Positions 1 to 14,193 of a stretch of DNA of 64,000 bases are shown here, one piece after another. Below the pieces are notes generated by a model. It did not search any database. It had not been told where the DNA came from and saw only the letters and a list, made by a program, of their open reading frames with translations. Origin of the DNA: Macrostomum lignano (taxonomy: Eukaryota); contig NIVC01001642.1 in NCBI GenBank assembly GCA_002269645.1, forward strand, positions 1 to 64,000, written 5' to 3'. The translations under genes and the position numbers were made by a program. The number at the start of each line of letters is the position of its first letter. The stretch's first letter is position 1.

Positions 1-16
1 ATAGATAGATAGATAA

Positions 17-68
<52 letters not shown>

Positions 69-91
69 GAATAGATAGATAGATAGATAGT

Positions 92-124
<33 letters not shown>

Positions 125-180
125 GGATAGATAGATAGATAGATAGATAGATATATGGATGGATAGATAGATAGATAGAT
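1..180. repeat. (ATAG)n microsatellite
   Basis: Direct reading shows near-perfect ATAG repeats with a few ATGG variants. Confidence 0.98.
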
Positions 181-939
181 ACAGTAATAGAGGAATATCT
201 CACACCATCGCACACGGTAGGTCATTCAACCAAATGGAACGGATATCCGAAATTATAGCCAATGGATTGAATAATTAAAAGGCAGATTCAAGAAGCTGCA
301 ATCCTGCGGAAGGATCGTCTAGCTTGTCAGCCAGCACTAATGAGAGGAAGAGAACCACAGCCCTTGATGACGATTCCAGCTGGCTGGGCAAGTGTTTGGC
401 CCTTAGAGCTACTCTGCATTTTCCTTTGCTGTAACTTATCCTTTATCTTGTACCGTCGATCAGCTCCGCTCCCTCAGCTCCCTTTTATCACTTTTATCTC
501 CCGTTAAAAGTACAATTAATCCATCTACTAATTGTAGCAGATCTTAGAGCCGAATCGGGTCCGTTAAGGACTGGCACTCCAGTTGAAGTGCGCGCACCCA
601 GACAGTTAGGATTATCAAGCATTAATAAGGGTTTCGTGCATAATTCAATCCGAACTTCTATCTTAGCAGCCTGTCTTCAAGACTGTTTAACTCTGAGAAA
701 TCTAATACGCTTGCTGTTCATAAATGCTTTCAATAATAGTAGCAAAGCGCTTCTTCTGCTTCATTAACTTCTGTCAGCAATGGCACATTAATTAGTGCAA
801 TTATAACTTGATACATACAATTACACTGACGAGCATCTGAGGCTATAAACCTTATAGACGAAAAGAAATATGAGGCAAAATGCCATGAGCCTAATCTATA
901 TAAGGCTGGATCCCCATACCCCATAATATCGGAGAATAG

Positions 940-1825
940 ATAGATCCCATACCCTCAACTGCATCTGAGACTAGATAGATCCCATACCCTCAACTGCATC
1001 TGAGACTAGATAGATCCCATACCCTCAACTATATCTGAGACTAGATAGATCCCATACCCTCAACTGTATCTGAGACTAGATAGATCCCATACCTCAACTA
1101 ACTAAGAATAGATAGATCCCATACCCTCAACTGTATCTGAGACTAGATAGATCCCATACCCTCAACTGTATCTGAGACTAGATAGATCCCATACCCTCAA
1201 CTAACTGAGAATAGATAGATCCCATACCCTCAACTAACTGAGAATAGATAGATCCCATACCCTCAACTGTATCTGAGACTAGATAGATCCCATACCCTCA
1301 ACTAACTGAGAATAGATAGATCCCACACCCTCAACTAACTGAGAATAGATAGATCCCATACCTCAACTAACTGAGAATAGATAAATCCCATAACCTCAAC
1401 TAACTGAGAATAGATAGATCCCATACCCTCAACTAACTGAGAATAGATAGATCCCATACCCTCAACTTACTGAGAATAGATAGATACCATACCCTCAACT
1501 AACTGAGAATAGATAGATCCCATACCCTCAACTAACTGAGAATAGATAGATCCCATACCCTCAACTGTCTGAGAATAGATAGATCCGATGCCCTCAACTG
1601 TCTGAGAATAGATAGATCCGATGCCCTCAACTGTCTGAGAATAGATAGATCCGATGCCCTCAAGTGTCTGAGAATAGATAGATCCCATACCCTCAACTAA
1701 CTGAGAATAGATAAATCCCATAACCTCAACTAACTGAGAATAGATAGATCCCATACCCTCAACTGTCTGAGAATAGATAGATCCGATGCCCTCAACTGTC
1801 TGAGACTAGATAGATCCCACACCCT
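940..1825. repeat. 33-bp minisatellite (ACTGAGAATAGATAGATCCCATACCCTCAACTA) in STK32 intron 3
   Basis: A 33-bp period is visible (e.g. CTAACTG at 1201 and 1234). There are about 25 variant copies, each with an embedded ATAGATAGAT core. Confidence 0.95.
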
Positions 1826-2168
1826 AAACTATCTAGCATTGAGTCCTCCCAGTGCCGCAGACAATAAAACCCTTTAAAGTAAGTCTTGGAGGGCTGTTTG
1901 ACGACTTTTTAGTGACTTGGACCGTGACATCTCGTTATTTTAGAGTAATTTAGAGAGTCACTTCTTTCCTATTTTACTGCAACAACTCTTAAACCAGCGG
2001 GTATCCTCTCTCTCATCTCTCATCTCATCTATCCTCTTCTCTCTCCTTTATTCTCTCTTCCTCTTTCATCAGGCCCACAGCAATAGTCTAGATTGCCCTA
2101 AACTGAGACTAGATAGAGACTGATAGACTACCAATAGCAAACAGTACATGTGGGTGATCCCAGCTCAC

Positions 2169-2296
2169 CCATATAAGGCTTGGTCCCGGACACTTCCGTA
2201 GCCATTTTATTATCCAATAGAACAGCGGCCACATTGAAGTCAGTTAGAAACACATTGCCAGCTTCATCAAATATCAAGTTATCCGGCTTGATGTCT
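2169..2296 (-). CDS. STK32: STK32/YANK-family Ser/Thr kinase, exon 3 (not in the ORF track)
   Basis: Manual minus-strand translation gives (R)DIKPDNLIFDEAGNVFLTDFNVAAVLLDNKMATEVSGTKPYM. It is bounded by a TTCCAG acceptor and a GTGAG donor, and its phase matches exon 2 (CG|A). DFN in place of DFG and GTKPYM are STK32 hallmarks. I did not find later exons in the window, so the gene probably continues to the left. Confidence 0.92.
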
Positions 2297-2749
2297 CTGG
2301 AAGACAAAACAAAGGATAAATGAAAGAATATAGAATGTAATAAGTTTCTCTAATTCTTGGATTTATTGTCATGACTCAAAACTATTACTTTTTCAAAACT
2401 GACTGTTTACACGGTTTCAAGGCGTACAAACTGAGGGCAAACACAGAGGCTGATAATGAATCAGGTCCTGCAGTTGCAGGCCAGACGGAAGTAAAAATGA
2501 CAAAAATAGAAAAATTGGAATACGAGGAGTTGCTAGTTAGGTAGAAAGAAAACTGAGGCGAAATCCCCAATAAAGAGGACAGCTAAAAGCAAAGTACACA
2601 CCTCGTAAGCAGTATGGATAGAAGAATAAATGAAAATTGACTTCCGATTAAAAATGCTCACGTTTCGGAGACACTGGGCAGAGTGAAATTCGCCTCTGCC
2701 CAAGAAAGCAAACGATACAAGGCAAAAAAAGAACATCTGGTACTTTCTT

Positions 2750-4435
2750 GGAGGGGACAAGGCTGAGGGGGGATAAGGGTGAGACGGAGACAAGGATGAG
2801 AGGGAGACAAGGATGAGAGGGAGACAATGTAGATAGGGAGACAATGATGAGAGTGAGACAATGATGAGAGGGAGAAAATGATGAGATGGAGACAAAGGTG
2901 AGAGCGAGACAAGGATGAGAGGGGGTGAGAGGGAGACAAGGATGAGAAAGAGACAGGGGAGACAAGGATGAGAAGGAGACAATGATGACAGGGAAAAAAT
3001 GTAGATAGGGAGTCAATGATGAGAGGGAGACAAGGGAGAGAAGGAGACAAGGGTGAGAGGGAGACAAGGGTGAGAGGGAGACAAGGGTGAGAGGGAGACA
3101 AGGATGAGAGGGAGACAAGGATTAGAGGGAGACAAGGTAGAGAGGGGGACAAGGATGAGAGGGGGGTGAGAGGGAGACAAGGATGAGAGGGGGTGAGAGG
3201 GAGACAAGGATGAGAAAGAGACAGGGGAGACAAAGATGAGAGGGAGACAATGATGAGAGGGAGACAATGTAGATAGGGAGTCAATGATGAGAGGGAGACA
3301 AGGGAGAGAGGGAGACAAGGGTGAGAGGGAGACAAGGGTGAGAGGGAGACAAGGGTGAGAGGGAGACAAGGATGAGAGGGAGACAAGGATGAGAGGGAGA
3401 CAAGGAAGAAAGGGGGACAAGATGAGAGGGAGACAAGGTAGAGAGGGGGACAAGGGTGAGAGGGAGACAAGGGTGAGAGGGAGACAAGGGTGAGAGGGAG
3501 ACAAGGGTGAGAGGGAGACAAGGGTGAGAGGGAGACAAGGGTGAGAGGGAGACAAGGATTAGAGGGAGACAAGGTAGAGAGGGGACAAGGGTGAGAGGGA
3601 GACAAGGGTGAGAGGGAGACAAGGATGCTTGAGAGACAAGGGTGAGAGGGAGACAAGGTAGAAAGGGGGACAAGATGAGAGGGAGACAAGGTAGAGAGGG
3701 GGAAAAGGGTGAGAGGGAGACAAGGGTGAGAGGGAGACAAGGGTGAGAGGGAGACAAGGATTAGAGAGAGACAAGGTAGAAAGGGGGACAAGATGAGAGG
3801 GAGACAACGATGAGAGGGAGACAAGGTAGAGAGGGGGACAAGGGTGAGAGGGAGACAAGGGTGAGAGGGAGACAAGGATGCTTGAGAGACAAGGGTGAGA
3901 GGCAGACAGGAGAGACAGGGGGAGATGGAGACAAGGGTGAGAGGGAGACTAGGATGAGAGGGGGTGAGAGGGAGACAAGGATGAGAAAGAGACAGGGGAG
4001 AAAAGGATGAGAGGGAGACAATGATGCTTGAGAGACAAGGGTGAGAGGCAGACAGGAGAGACAGGGGGAGAGGGAGACAAGGATGAGTGGGAGACAGGAG
4101 AGACAGGGTGAGAGGCAGACAGGAGAGACAGGGGGAGAGGGAGACAAGGGTGAGAGGGAGACAAGGATGCTTGAGAGACAAGGGTGAGAGGCAGACATGA
4201 GAGACAGGGGGAGATGGAGACAAGGGTGAGAGGGAGACTAGGATGAGAGGGGGTGAGAGGGAGACAAGGATGAGAAAGAGACAGGGGAGACAAGGATGAG
4301 AAAGAGACAGGGGAGACAAGGATGAGAGGGAGACAATGATGCTTGAGAGACAAGGGTGAGAGGCAGACAGGAGAGACAGGGGGAGAGGGAGACAAGGATG
4401 AGTGGGAGACAGGAGAGACAGGGTGAGAGGGAGAA
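2750..4435. repeat. GA-rich satellite with a ~17-bp unit (GAGACAAGGGTGAGAGG) in STK32 intron 2
   Basis: A 17-bp period is visible at 3481/3498, with degenerate flanks. It produces the spurious S/P/L/C-rich ORFs at 2533-4555. Confidence 0.95.
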
Positions 4436-5499
4436 TGAGATGTTAGAAGAGTAAAAAAAGGGTGAAACAAGAGAAATAATAGACAAGAAACAGAGCGACG
4501 GGCAGTCTCTATGGGATCGATTAGGAAGGAAGGAAGCAAGCGTTAGCAATGCCAACTTTACAGGCCAACAACAGTCCTAACAAAAATCGCTAGGCAAACA
4601 GAACTTGCCTAACTAAAATCTATCCAATATGCAAGCATAATGACAAAACCTATCGATCGACTGACTACACAATCGAGCAGAGAGGCCCATTCTCCCCTTG
4701 GGGAACTGATAATTAAATGAGTGCATGACAATATAAACCTTCAATTATAACAACGCGTGTCACATGTTTCAGCAATATATAATAAAGGTGACGGCAAAAG
4801 TGAGAATAACAAGAGAAAAGTTGAGCAAAGTTAGATTGACAGGTGGCTGGTTGCACCTGCCAAGAGCGAGATATTCTCATGGGCGGAGCAGAAATCAAAG
4901 GCAGTGAGAGAAAGATGAGCAAATAGGAAATTTGAAGCAACTTTTCTTTCTTGCTTGCTTGCAACTAAATTACAAGCGCCTCTGTAACACAATATAGTGA
5001 TTCTACATTCTAATAGCCCCTAGGAAGCGGAACTAATGGAAGGGCAGATTAGGGGGGGGGGGATGCAGATTAAGGGGCACCGACAAGAGCGCAGGTTGAA
5101 GCACGTTAAGACTGCATGGAGGGCGGATAGGGGATGGATCGAAGCCAATTCTCCAAGTACAGATGGGGGCGGACTTCTGGTGGAAAAGGGGCGGATTAGT
5201 GACATTTGAGTACAGGTTGGGCGGATTAGTGACATTTTGATTTGAGTACAGATAAGAGGAGGTGGATTGGTGGTTGTTTGAGTACAGACAGGCGTATATT
5301 AGTGGTATTTGAGTACCGATTGGGGGTGGGTTAGTGAAATTTGGCTACAGAATGGAGGGGGGCGGATTATTGGCTGTTTAAATAAAGATTAGGATGCGAT
5401 TAGTGGTTGTTTAAGTACAGATTGAAGGGTGAATTAGTAAAATTTAAGTACATATTGGGGGGGGGGGCAGATTGATAACTGTTTAAGTACAGATGTGGC

Positions 5500-7432
5500 G
5501 GATTAAAGGCTGTTTGAGTAGATTGGGGGCGGATTGATGGCTGTTTGAGTAGATTGGGGGGCGGATTGATGGCTGTTTGAGTCGATTGGGGCAGGGGGCG
5601 GATTGATGGCTGTTTGAGTAGATTGGGGCAGGGGGCGGATTGATGGCTGTTTGAGTCGATTGGGGCAGGGGGCGGATTGATGGCTGTTTGAGTAGATTGG
5701 GGCGGATTGATTGCTGTTTGAGTAGATTGGGGCGGATTGATAGCTGTTTGAGTAGATTGGGGGGCGGATTGATGGCTGTTTGAGTAGATTGGGGGGGCGG
5801 ATTGATGGCTGTTAGAGTAGATTGGGGCGGGGGCGGATTGATGGCTGTTTGAGTAGATGGGGGCGGATTGATAGCTGCTTGGGTAGATTGGAGGCGGATT
5901 GATGGCTGTTAGAGTAGATTGGGGCGGGGGGGGCGGATTGATAGCTGTTTGAGTAGATGGGGGCGGATTGATAGCTGCTTGGGTAGATTGGAGGCGGATT
6001 GATGGCTGTTAGAGTAGATTGGGGCGGGGGCGGATTGATGGCTGTTTGAGTAGATTGGGGCGGATTGATAGCTGTTTGAGTAGATTGGGGGGCGGATTGA
6101 TGGCTGTTTGAGTAGATTGGGGGGGCGGATTGATGGCTGTTTGAGTAGATTGGGGCGGGGGGCGGATTGATGACTGTTAGAGTAGATTGGGGCGGGGGGG
6201 CGGATTGATAGCTGTTTGAGTAGATGGGGGCGGATTGATAGCTGCTTGGGTAGATTGGAGGCGGATTGATGGCTGTTAGAGTAGATTGGGGCGGGGGGGG
6301 CGGATTGATAGCTGTTTGAGTAGATGGGGGGCGGATTGATAGCTGCTTGGGTAGATTGGAGGCGGATTGATGGCTGTTAGAGTAGATTGGGGCGGGGGCG
6401 GATTGATGGCTGTTTGAGTAGATTGGGGCGGGGGGCGGATTGATGGCTGTTTGAGTAGATTGGGGCGGGGCGGATTGATGGCTGTTTGAGTAGATGGGGG
6501 GCGGATTGATAGCTGCTTGGGTAGATTGGAGGCGGATTGATGGCTGTTAGAGTAGATTGGGGCGGGGGGCGGATTGATGGCTGTTTGAGTAGATGGGGGG
6601 CGGATTGATGGCTGTTTGAGTAGATTGGGGGCGGATTGATGGCTGTTTGAGTAGATTGGGGCGGGGGGCGGATTGATGGCTGTTTGAGTAGATTGGGGGG
6701 GCGGATTGATGGCTGTTTGAGTAGATTGGGGGCGGATTGATGGCTGTTAGAGTAGATTGGGGCGGGGGGGGCGGATTGATAGCTGTTTGAGTAGATGGGG
6801 GGCGGATTGATAGCTGCTTGGGTAGATTGGAGGCGGATTGATGGCTGTTAGAGTAGATTGGGGCGGGGGCGGATTGATGGCTGTTTGAGTAGATTGGGGC
6901 GGGGGGCGGATTGATGGCTGTTTGAGTAGATTGGGGCGGGGGCGGATTGATGGCTGTTTGAGTAGATGGGGGGCGGATTGATAGCTGCTTGGGTAGATTG
7001 GAGGCGGATTGATGGCTGTTAGAGTAGATTGGGGCGGGGGCGGATTGATGGCTGTTTGAGTAGATGGGGGGCGGATTGATGGCTGTTTGAGTAGATTGGG
7101 GGCGGATTGATGGCTGTTTGAGTAGATTGGGGCGGGGGGCGGATTGATGGCTGTTTGAGTAGATTGGGGGGGCGGATTGATGGCTGTTTGAGTAGATTGG
7201 GGGCGGATTGATGGCTGTTTGAGTAGATTGGGGCGGGGGGCGGATTGATGGCTGTTTGAGTAGATTGGGAGGGGGCGGATTGATGGCTGTTTGAGTAGAT
7301 TGGGGGGGCGGATTGATGGCTGTTTGAGTAGAGTGGGGCGGGGGGCGGATTGATAGCTGCTTGGGTAGATTGGAGGCGGATTGATGGCTGTTTGAGTAGA
7401 GTGGGGCGGGGGGCGGATTGATAGCTGTTTGA
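5500..7432. repeat. G-rich minisatellite with a ~30-36 bp unit (GATTG[G]nCGGATTGATGGCTGTTTGAGTA) in STK32 intron 2
   Basis: Tandem units carry a variable G run, and a recurring variant unit (ATAGCTGCTTGGGTAGATTGGAGG) is present. A degenerate extension runs from about 5150 to 5500. Confidence 0.95.
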
Positions 7433-7454
7433 GCAGAATTCCAAAACGAACTCA

Positions 7455-7844
<390 letters not shown>

Positions 7845-7994
7845 TCAATTAGTGTAATTAAGTAAGGTACTGTAAATAGACGTGTTTGATAGGATTACGC
7901 ATAAGACTAAACTTTTACTAGCTACGAAGAGACTCGAGAATAAAGGGAAGAGAAATAGGAAAGTACAAGACATGAGAGGCCTAACGGGTAGAAG

Positions 7995-8505
7995 ACAACG
8001 GTGAGGGGGAGACAGGCGAGAGGAGACAGGGAAGAGAAAGACAGGGGAGAGGGGCGAGAGGTAGACAGGAGAGAGGAAGATAGGAGAGAGGATGACAGGG
8101 GAGAACGAGAAAGAAGAGGACAGGGCAGAGGGAGATAGGGGTGAGGAAGACAGGGGAAAGGAAGACAGGGGAGAGGTAATGAAAGAGGTAGACAGGAGAG
8201 GGAGACACGGGAGAGTGAGACAGGGGAAAGGGAGACAGGGAAGACAGAGGCAAGGGTGAGGGAGACAGGGGAAGTGACCCAGGGGAGAGGGAGATAGGGA
8301 GATAGGGGAGAGGGAGACAGGGAGAAGGAAATAGGGGAGAGGGAGACAGGGACAGGGAGACAGTGAGAGGGAGACAGGGAGAGGGAGACAGGGAGAGGGA
8401 GACAGGGAGAGGGAGAGGGAGATATGAGAGAGGGAGAGGAAAGAGGGAGACAGGGAGAGGGAGACAGGGAGAGGGAGATATGAGGGAGATAGGGGAGAGG
8501 GAGAC
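7995..8505. repeat. GA-rich degenerate repeat (GGGAGACA-type) in STK32 intron 1
   Basis: Purine-only tract on the + strand with GGGAGACAGGGAGA units. Confidence 0.9.
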
Positions 8506-8577
8506 ATGGGTAATACAAGCCATAGCAGTATTGTATTCTGATTCCACACAGACTGCTGAATAGCAAACTCCTCAAAC

Positions 8578-8674
8578 CTTCTCCATTGCAATCGGCAGAA
8601 CCTGCAGATGTAGTGGCTGCCGCACCAGCAGCTGCGGAAGCATCGCCACTAGCAGAGGCGTGCCCGCTGCCCAT
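8578..8674 (-). CDS. STK32: STK32/YANK-family kinase, exon 1
   Basis: MGSGHASASGDASAAAGAAATTSAGSADCNGE plus G|GTTTGAG. It is 97 nt (phase 1) and joins TG of exon 2 to give ...GE-V-NFNHF, as in STK32B (EEVNFDHF). The N-terminal MG is compatible with myristoylation. Confidence 0.8.
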
Positions 8675-9707
8675 AAAGCACCCAATGGTGGCTGCCTGGT
8701 AGCTGGTTAATGCTTTAATAAAGACAGCGTCACCCTGCTTTGTAAATATGCTGTCATAAATAATAAAAATTAATGATCGATTTAAAGAGTCTTGCACTAA
8801 AATAGTTATCAATTTTTTATGTTTAAATAGTTACATTTGTGTATGACATAAATTACCATATAAGTTAATTTTTATCCTAAATTTACTCAAAAAAGGGAAC
8901 TATATTCTGCTATAGACATTCAAGACTTAAAAAGATTTTAAAGGCTAATAAATATACAAAAAATCTGACATAGCAAGCTGGTTTATTATAGATTTTTTCT
9001 TAATTGATTTCTAAGCTTATCATTTCAACTTACAGATGATGTAATAATTATGAGACAATATATAGATAATATAATAAAGATGCCTAAGTTTATCATACAA
9101 AGCATAAAATTTTTCTAGGAAGTACTGGCCTCTAGGTGATATAATCTATCTCAATATGATTTATATGGCCCAATTTTTCTATCTTAGTGGTCTAGTGTCT
9201 AATAGTTATAAGGATTTACAATATTGCTATAGACTTGTCTAGGCTGCCTTTTAATTTGTAAGGGCTGTCCTAGTCTAAGGCCTTGCTTGACTGCCAGTGG
9301 ATGACACTATTCTAGTGATTAAGACTGTCCTATTATATAATGTCAAGACCTATATGCTAATATGAGGTGTGTCCCAAAAGTTCCTAAAATTTCTATCATT
9401 ACTCGACAATTATTGAGCATATCTTCACATCCTTGGTGTTAAATGAAAGATGAATTTCTCATTAAAATATAGCTATTTGAATCACGTCAATATGTCTAAC
9501 CATCTCTTTGCTACACATAAAAATGTTTGCAAAGGTTGGTACTAGGGTCACACATCCTTAAGAGCCTTTTGAAAAAAAACAATGATATTCATAAAACAGT
9601 GAAGAAAAGAAATATGGGATAATTTAAACAGCAACATTGATTAAATCTCAAGTTAGTCAGCAGTAGGAAAAGTTCAAATGTATATTTACTCATCCAACTC
9701 AGCCTGT

Positions 9708-10001
9708 GGCTTTTCAATTGTAGTTGCCATCCAAATGCATACATTTCTGCCACCTGGATCACATGGCATTGATGGCCTTGGCAAATGTAGAGCAAGGCAT
9801 TTCATAGAGGATGACATGGCAAATGAGGCTTTCAAGTTCACTTCAGTTTTTAAAAACCCGGCCACAAAGAAGTCTTTTCATTTGGGGTAATATTGCAAAA
9901 TTGGCAGGCACCATATCTGGCAAGTATGGCAGATGAGACAGCAACTCAAAGTTGAACTGCTCAATCTTCTCCATCGTCTTTCCTGCTATATGGGGTCTAT
10001 C
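9708..10001 (-). pseudogene. Degenerate mariner/Tc1-type transposase C-terminal fragment
   Basis: Manual translation: DRPHIAGKTMEKIEQFNFELLSHLPYLPDMVPANFAILPQMKRLLCGRVFKN*...RWQKCMHLDGNY. This matches mariner DNARPH...HPPYSPDLAPSDY...RW.KC...G.Y and contains in-frame stops. A mariner-like TIR (TATGAGGTGTGTCCCAAAAGTT) lies at 9361. Confidence 0.8.
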
Positions 10002-10362
10002 AGTAAGGGTAATACTTTTCTATGGTGCACTAAGGCTCTTAGTTTTAGTGTTTTAGTTTTAGTGTAGTTTTAGGATAAATAGCAAGAGTAACCATGAGTG
10101 TCTTATTAAGGCTAAATTCCTTGTTATCTAATTAGTACTATATCTATATTCAGTACAAAAGTTAACATGATCTGTTGCATCATACAGAGCTATAATTTTA
10201 GATCTCATGTTATATAGTCACAAATTTTCAATAGGGCACATCGTAAACCACAGTAATATTTTGTCTAGGCCCTACTGTCCTTATATTCTCTTATAACTAA
10301 CTAGCTTAACTGATTAATATTATACATTTTATTGTATTTAGGGATAGAATGATATAAAAAAT

Positions 10363-11578
10363 GGGTCTATGAAATTTGCTAGCAAGAAATTTGCTTGCCA
10401 AAATCTGCTAGCTGAAATCTGCTAGCCGAAATTTGCTAGCAGGAATTTTGCTGGCCAAAAGTTGCTAGCAGGAATTTTGCTAGCAAGGATTTAGCTAGCC
10501 AAAATCTGCTAGCAGGAATTTGCTGACCAAACTTCTTGCAACCGGCGTCAAAAGATTGCTTGTTTTCTGGCAATGGCAATGTATTGTTTTACCTAAAAAA
10601 ATCCACAGAAGTGGGTAAAAATCCCAAATATTTTATAACTAAAAGCATCAGCATCAGTTCAAGTGTTTGGAAAGTCAGTTTGTCATTGTGGGGGACAGAA
10701 TACTCTCAAGTCGCAATCAGATAGCTTGTAGTTAGGACAGTAGTTGAATTCCTTATTGAACTGTCATGGCTAAATGTTAGTAGAGAAGGCTATAAAAAGT
10801 TTTTCCAGAACACTGTATATTTGCTATGTACATTGAGCCCTATCACCTGATCGTTGGTCTAGGGTAATGAGTGAGTGAGTAGCACAAACAACAGAAAAAG
10901 CTGACAAACTTCACATGCCTACAGTTTATGTTCTAACTGGGGTACAAAGTTGAGACTTTATATTTAGACAGAGAATGAGTCAATGAAGAATTTTATCAAG
11001 TTTAAAGTCAATCGCTGTACGTGGAGCAAACTTATGGCAGCTGAAAGTTAGTTAATTTTAAACCCCCTTCACACATCTCTCCAGTGGTCAAGAAGGAGAG
11101 AGGCGGAGGTTGGGGTGGCTGTCTTGCTGACGAAAAGCAGACTAACTTAAAAAAAAAACTGTGTTGTTAGGAATTAACTTCGAGACTCAAAAATTTCTAC
11201 ACGATTGTCAAAATAGTTGAAAATTGGATTGTGTCCAATTTGAAGAGGATTGGTAAAGCTGTAAAGGTAAAAGTGGAATGACGCTATAGAGGATTTATTG
11301 AAATTCTTGCAAAACTGGACAAGCAAATTGTCTCTAGCTAATTACAACTTCCTGAGTTTGGCCAGCCAAATTGCTGCTTGCCGGTTTTGGTTGGATTCCT
11401 GCTAGCAGATTTTGGCTAGCAAAATCCTCGCTAGCAAAATTCCTGCTAGCAAGCTTCGGCTAGCAAATTTTGGCTAGCAGATTTTGCTAGCAAACTTTGG
11501 CTAGCAGATTTCGGCAAGCAAATTTCTTGCTAGCAAACTTTGGCTAGCAGATTTCCTGCTAGCAAATCTCGTACTCCC
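10363..11578. mobile_element. Non-autonomous foldback/MITE with GGG...CCC termini and subterminal GCTAGC-repeat arrays
   Basis: 10363-10530 and 11395-11578 are inverted copies of an array of about 14-bp (TTTGCTAGC...) units. Termini are GGGTCTATGAAATTTGC and rc GGGAGTACGAGATTTGC. The A-rich flanks may be an imperfect TSD. Confidence 0.75.
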
Positions 11579-13274
11579 AAAAAAATCCTTTAAAGGAAGG
11601 CCAAGCTATATTAAGCATTATAACCCAATGGCCAATATTGAAAAATGGACCATGTATATCTATAAGTCAAAAACATATGGCCCAAATCTTTTTGGCCATG
11701 CCTAAGAAAAATGGCCATGGCTCCCTTGGCTACCCCTTTAGATCTACTATTAGACATGGTTATAAAAGTTTATTCATTTTTAATTAAAAATGTTTTACAC
11801 TACACTTAATAAAACTAAAACATGCAATATTGTAGGCCTAATTAAAAAACATTAGGCTTATATAACATAAGGACATTTAGTTTTATTCAATAAATATTAT
11901 TTTGTAGTATATTGGATATTGATGATTTTTCATAAGACTGTATATAAAATAATAAATAAATTATAAAATTTTTATTCTATAACAAAATGTATCATAGCCA
12001 TAGGCCCTATTTTAAACCTAAAAATAAAACTTCAAATAAATTATTAACATATCTTAGGCCTAGTTAGACTTAGGCCTAGGCCATACTTCAGAAGATATAC
12101 TGCAATAGTAATGTATATTACTATTAGAAATTCAAATGCTAGGTCTACTATATTAGCTATTTTAGATGAGTAATTTATGACTACAAAAAGTTATAAATGA
12201 TACTGACATCAAGGTTTTTACATAAAAATAGGGCCTAATATAGAGCCCTAGGGTCCTAAGCCTAAGGACCTAAGCACTTAGCACTATAGATAGATAGGCC
12301 TATGGTGGTTATTTAAGAATAAGAGCACATGTTTGTTATATTTAATAGTATTGACAAATAAAATTATATTTTAGGAACTAGCAATAAATTATATTATTGA
12401 ACTACCTCTCTTGACTCTCGTCTCGACTTAACTGAAAGACCAAAAAGCTAAAAAACCAAAGGCCAAAGCCGAAAGGGTTTAGGCCTAAACATTTTTAAAA
12501 TTGCAAAATCGCTACGAGTCTAGGAAAAATGGATGGATTTTGAATTGCAGCGCCTTTCTATGAAACAACTTTCTTGTCGTTATCGATATCCAACCTTTAA
12601 ACAACGGATAAAGCAGCTGTAAGCAGCTATAAGCTGCTATAAGCAGCTGTCAAATCCTTCCAAATCAATGCTCAGCTCGGCCGGAAAAGCTAAAAATCAG
12701 CGTGCAATAAAAGTAATTTTTAAACTGTCTAACAATGGGCGTCGACGGTTGGCACTTTGGCACAGTTAGACGCCTCAATGCTAAGACCTCAGCCAAGGGA
12801 CACTTAGAACTTTGGTGTTGCACAGCCAATTTCTTTCAGCTGTGCATCCTAGAGTCTTGTTGTTATCTATTCAATGATCAAACTTTCTTTGTACATGTAC
12901 TATACTATTCTCATATTTTTTCTTTATTCTAGGTCTACTTAAGCTATAGCCTATACTAGGCTTTACTCATTTTGGTATTTTAATTGGGTTGATATAATTG
13001 TACTATGCCTATTATTATCTTATTTGTGTCTTGTTTTTCTAAGTGTCAATTAGGCCTAGGTCTATTAGCCTATAAGCTTATTTCCTATAATAATACCCAT
13101 TTTCATCTTCACTTATAATATAGGCCTTAATTATAAATAATGTAGAATTGTGTCTGCATTATTTATAGATCATACCAAGTATACCTAGGCCTAGTCCTAC
13201 CTGAGCCTAAGTAAGGAAATTAAAAAATAATAAAAATATAAAAAAAAAATTTATCTAAAAGGAAAAGTAATATA

Positions 13275-13865
13275 TATTCTCAGATCCTTAGTTGCTAGGT
13301 TGCCTCACCTTCCTAGATGCTTAGTTGCTAAGCCACCTTCAGATCCTCAGTTGCTAAGCCATCTTAGTTGCTAGGCTGTCTACAACTCTTCTAGATCCTG
13401 GGTTGCTAGGCCATCCCACTTTCCTAGATCCTAAATTGCTAGGCTAGGCCTCCCTACTTTCCTAGATCCTGAGTTGCTAGGCCATCCTAACCCCACCTTC
13501 CTAGATCCTGAGTTGCTAGGCCACCCTAACTGCATCTTCCTAGATCCTAAATTGCTAGGCCCCCCATCCTACTAGATCCTTGGTTGCTAGGCCACCCTCA
13601 GGAGGCACCCTCCCAGATCCTTAGTTGCTGGGCCACCCTCCCAGACCCAGATCCTCAGTTGCTAGGCCATCCTCCCATATTCCTCAGTTGCTAAGCCAGC
13701 CTCCTAGATCCTCAGTTGTTGGGCCAGCCTCCTAGATCTTCAGTTGCTAGGCTACCCTCCTAGATCCTTAATTGCTGGGCCAGTCTCCCAGATCCTCAGT
13801 TGCTAGGCCAGCCTCTTAGATCCTCAGTTGCTGGGCTACCCCCCCAGATCATTAGTTGCTAGGCC
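13275..13865. repeat. Degenerate minisatellite with core CCTAGATCCTCAGTTGCTAGGCCA
   Basis: About 18 variable-length copies read directly. Confidence 0.9.
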
Positions 13866-14193
13866 ATAGAGGTTTAAGTGGGTTCATAAAAATTCTTTAA
13901 AAAATCATAAAAATTCTTATAGCAAACACTTAAACAGAAGTTACAATATATGTACCTGCGCCATTTTATAAAGTGATGGCTTCCTCAGTGTCATGTAGGA
14001 TTCTTCTATTCTAACTTAGTTGTCTACAAATCATTTGAATATAGACTACTAATATCAGTAGTAGATAAAGCGTCATTCCACTCTACTCTTAATTCGATTC
14101 ATGAGTGTGTCTTTCTGTCTTAGTGTTTGTCTTTCCGTCTGTCTGTCTGCTGACTACTGTACAATAAAATCAAAAAACTTTCCAGCGCACCAT

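Noticed and set aside
190-400. Possible Penelope GIY-YIG tail (HTVGH...KRQIQEAAIL) and hammerhead-like CTTGATGA
   Set aside because: It needs frameshifts and stops to assemble, is very short, and has no GAAA core to complete a hammerhead.
677-770. Possible STK32 terminal exon (KLMKQKKRF...)
   Set aside because: Similarity to KPLHKKKKRL is marginal, and the intervening kinase C-lobe exons are absent from 770-2168.
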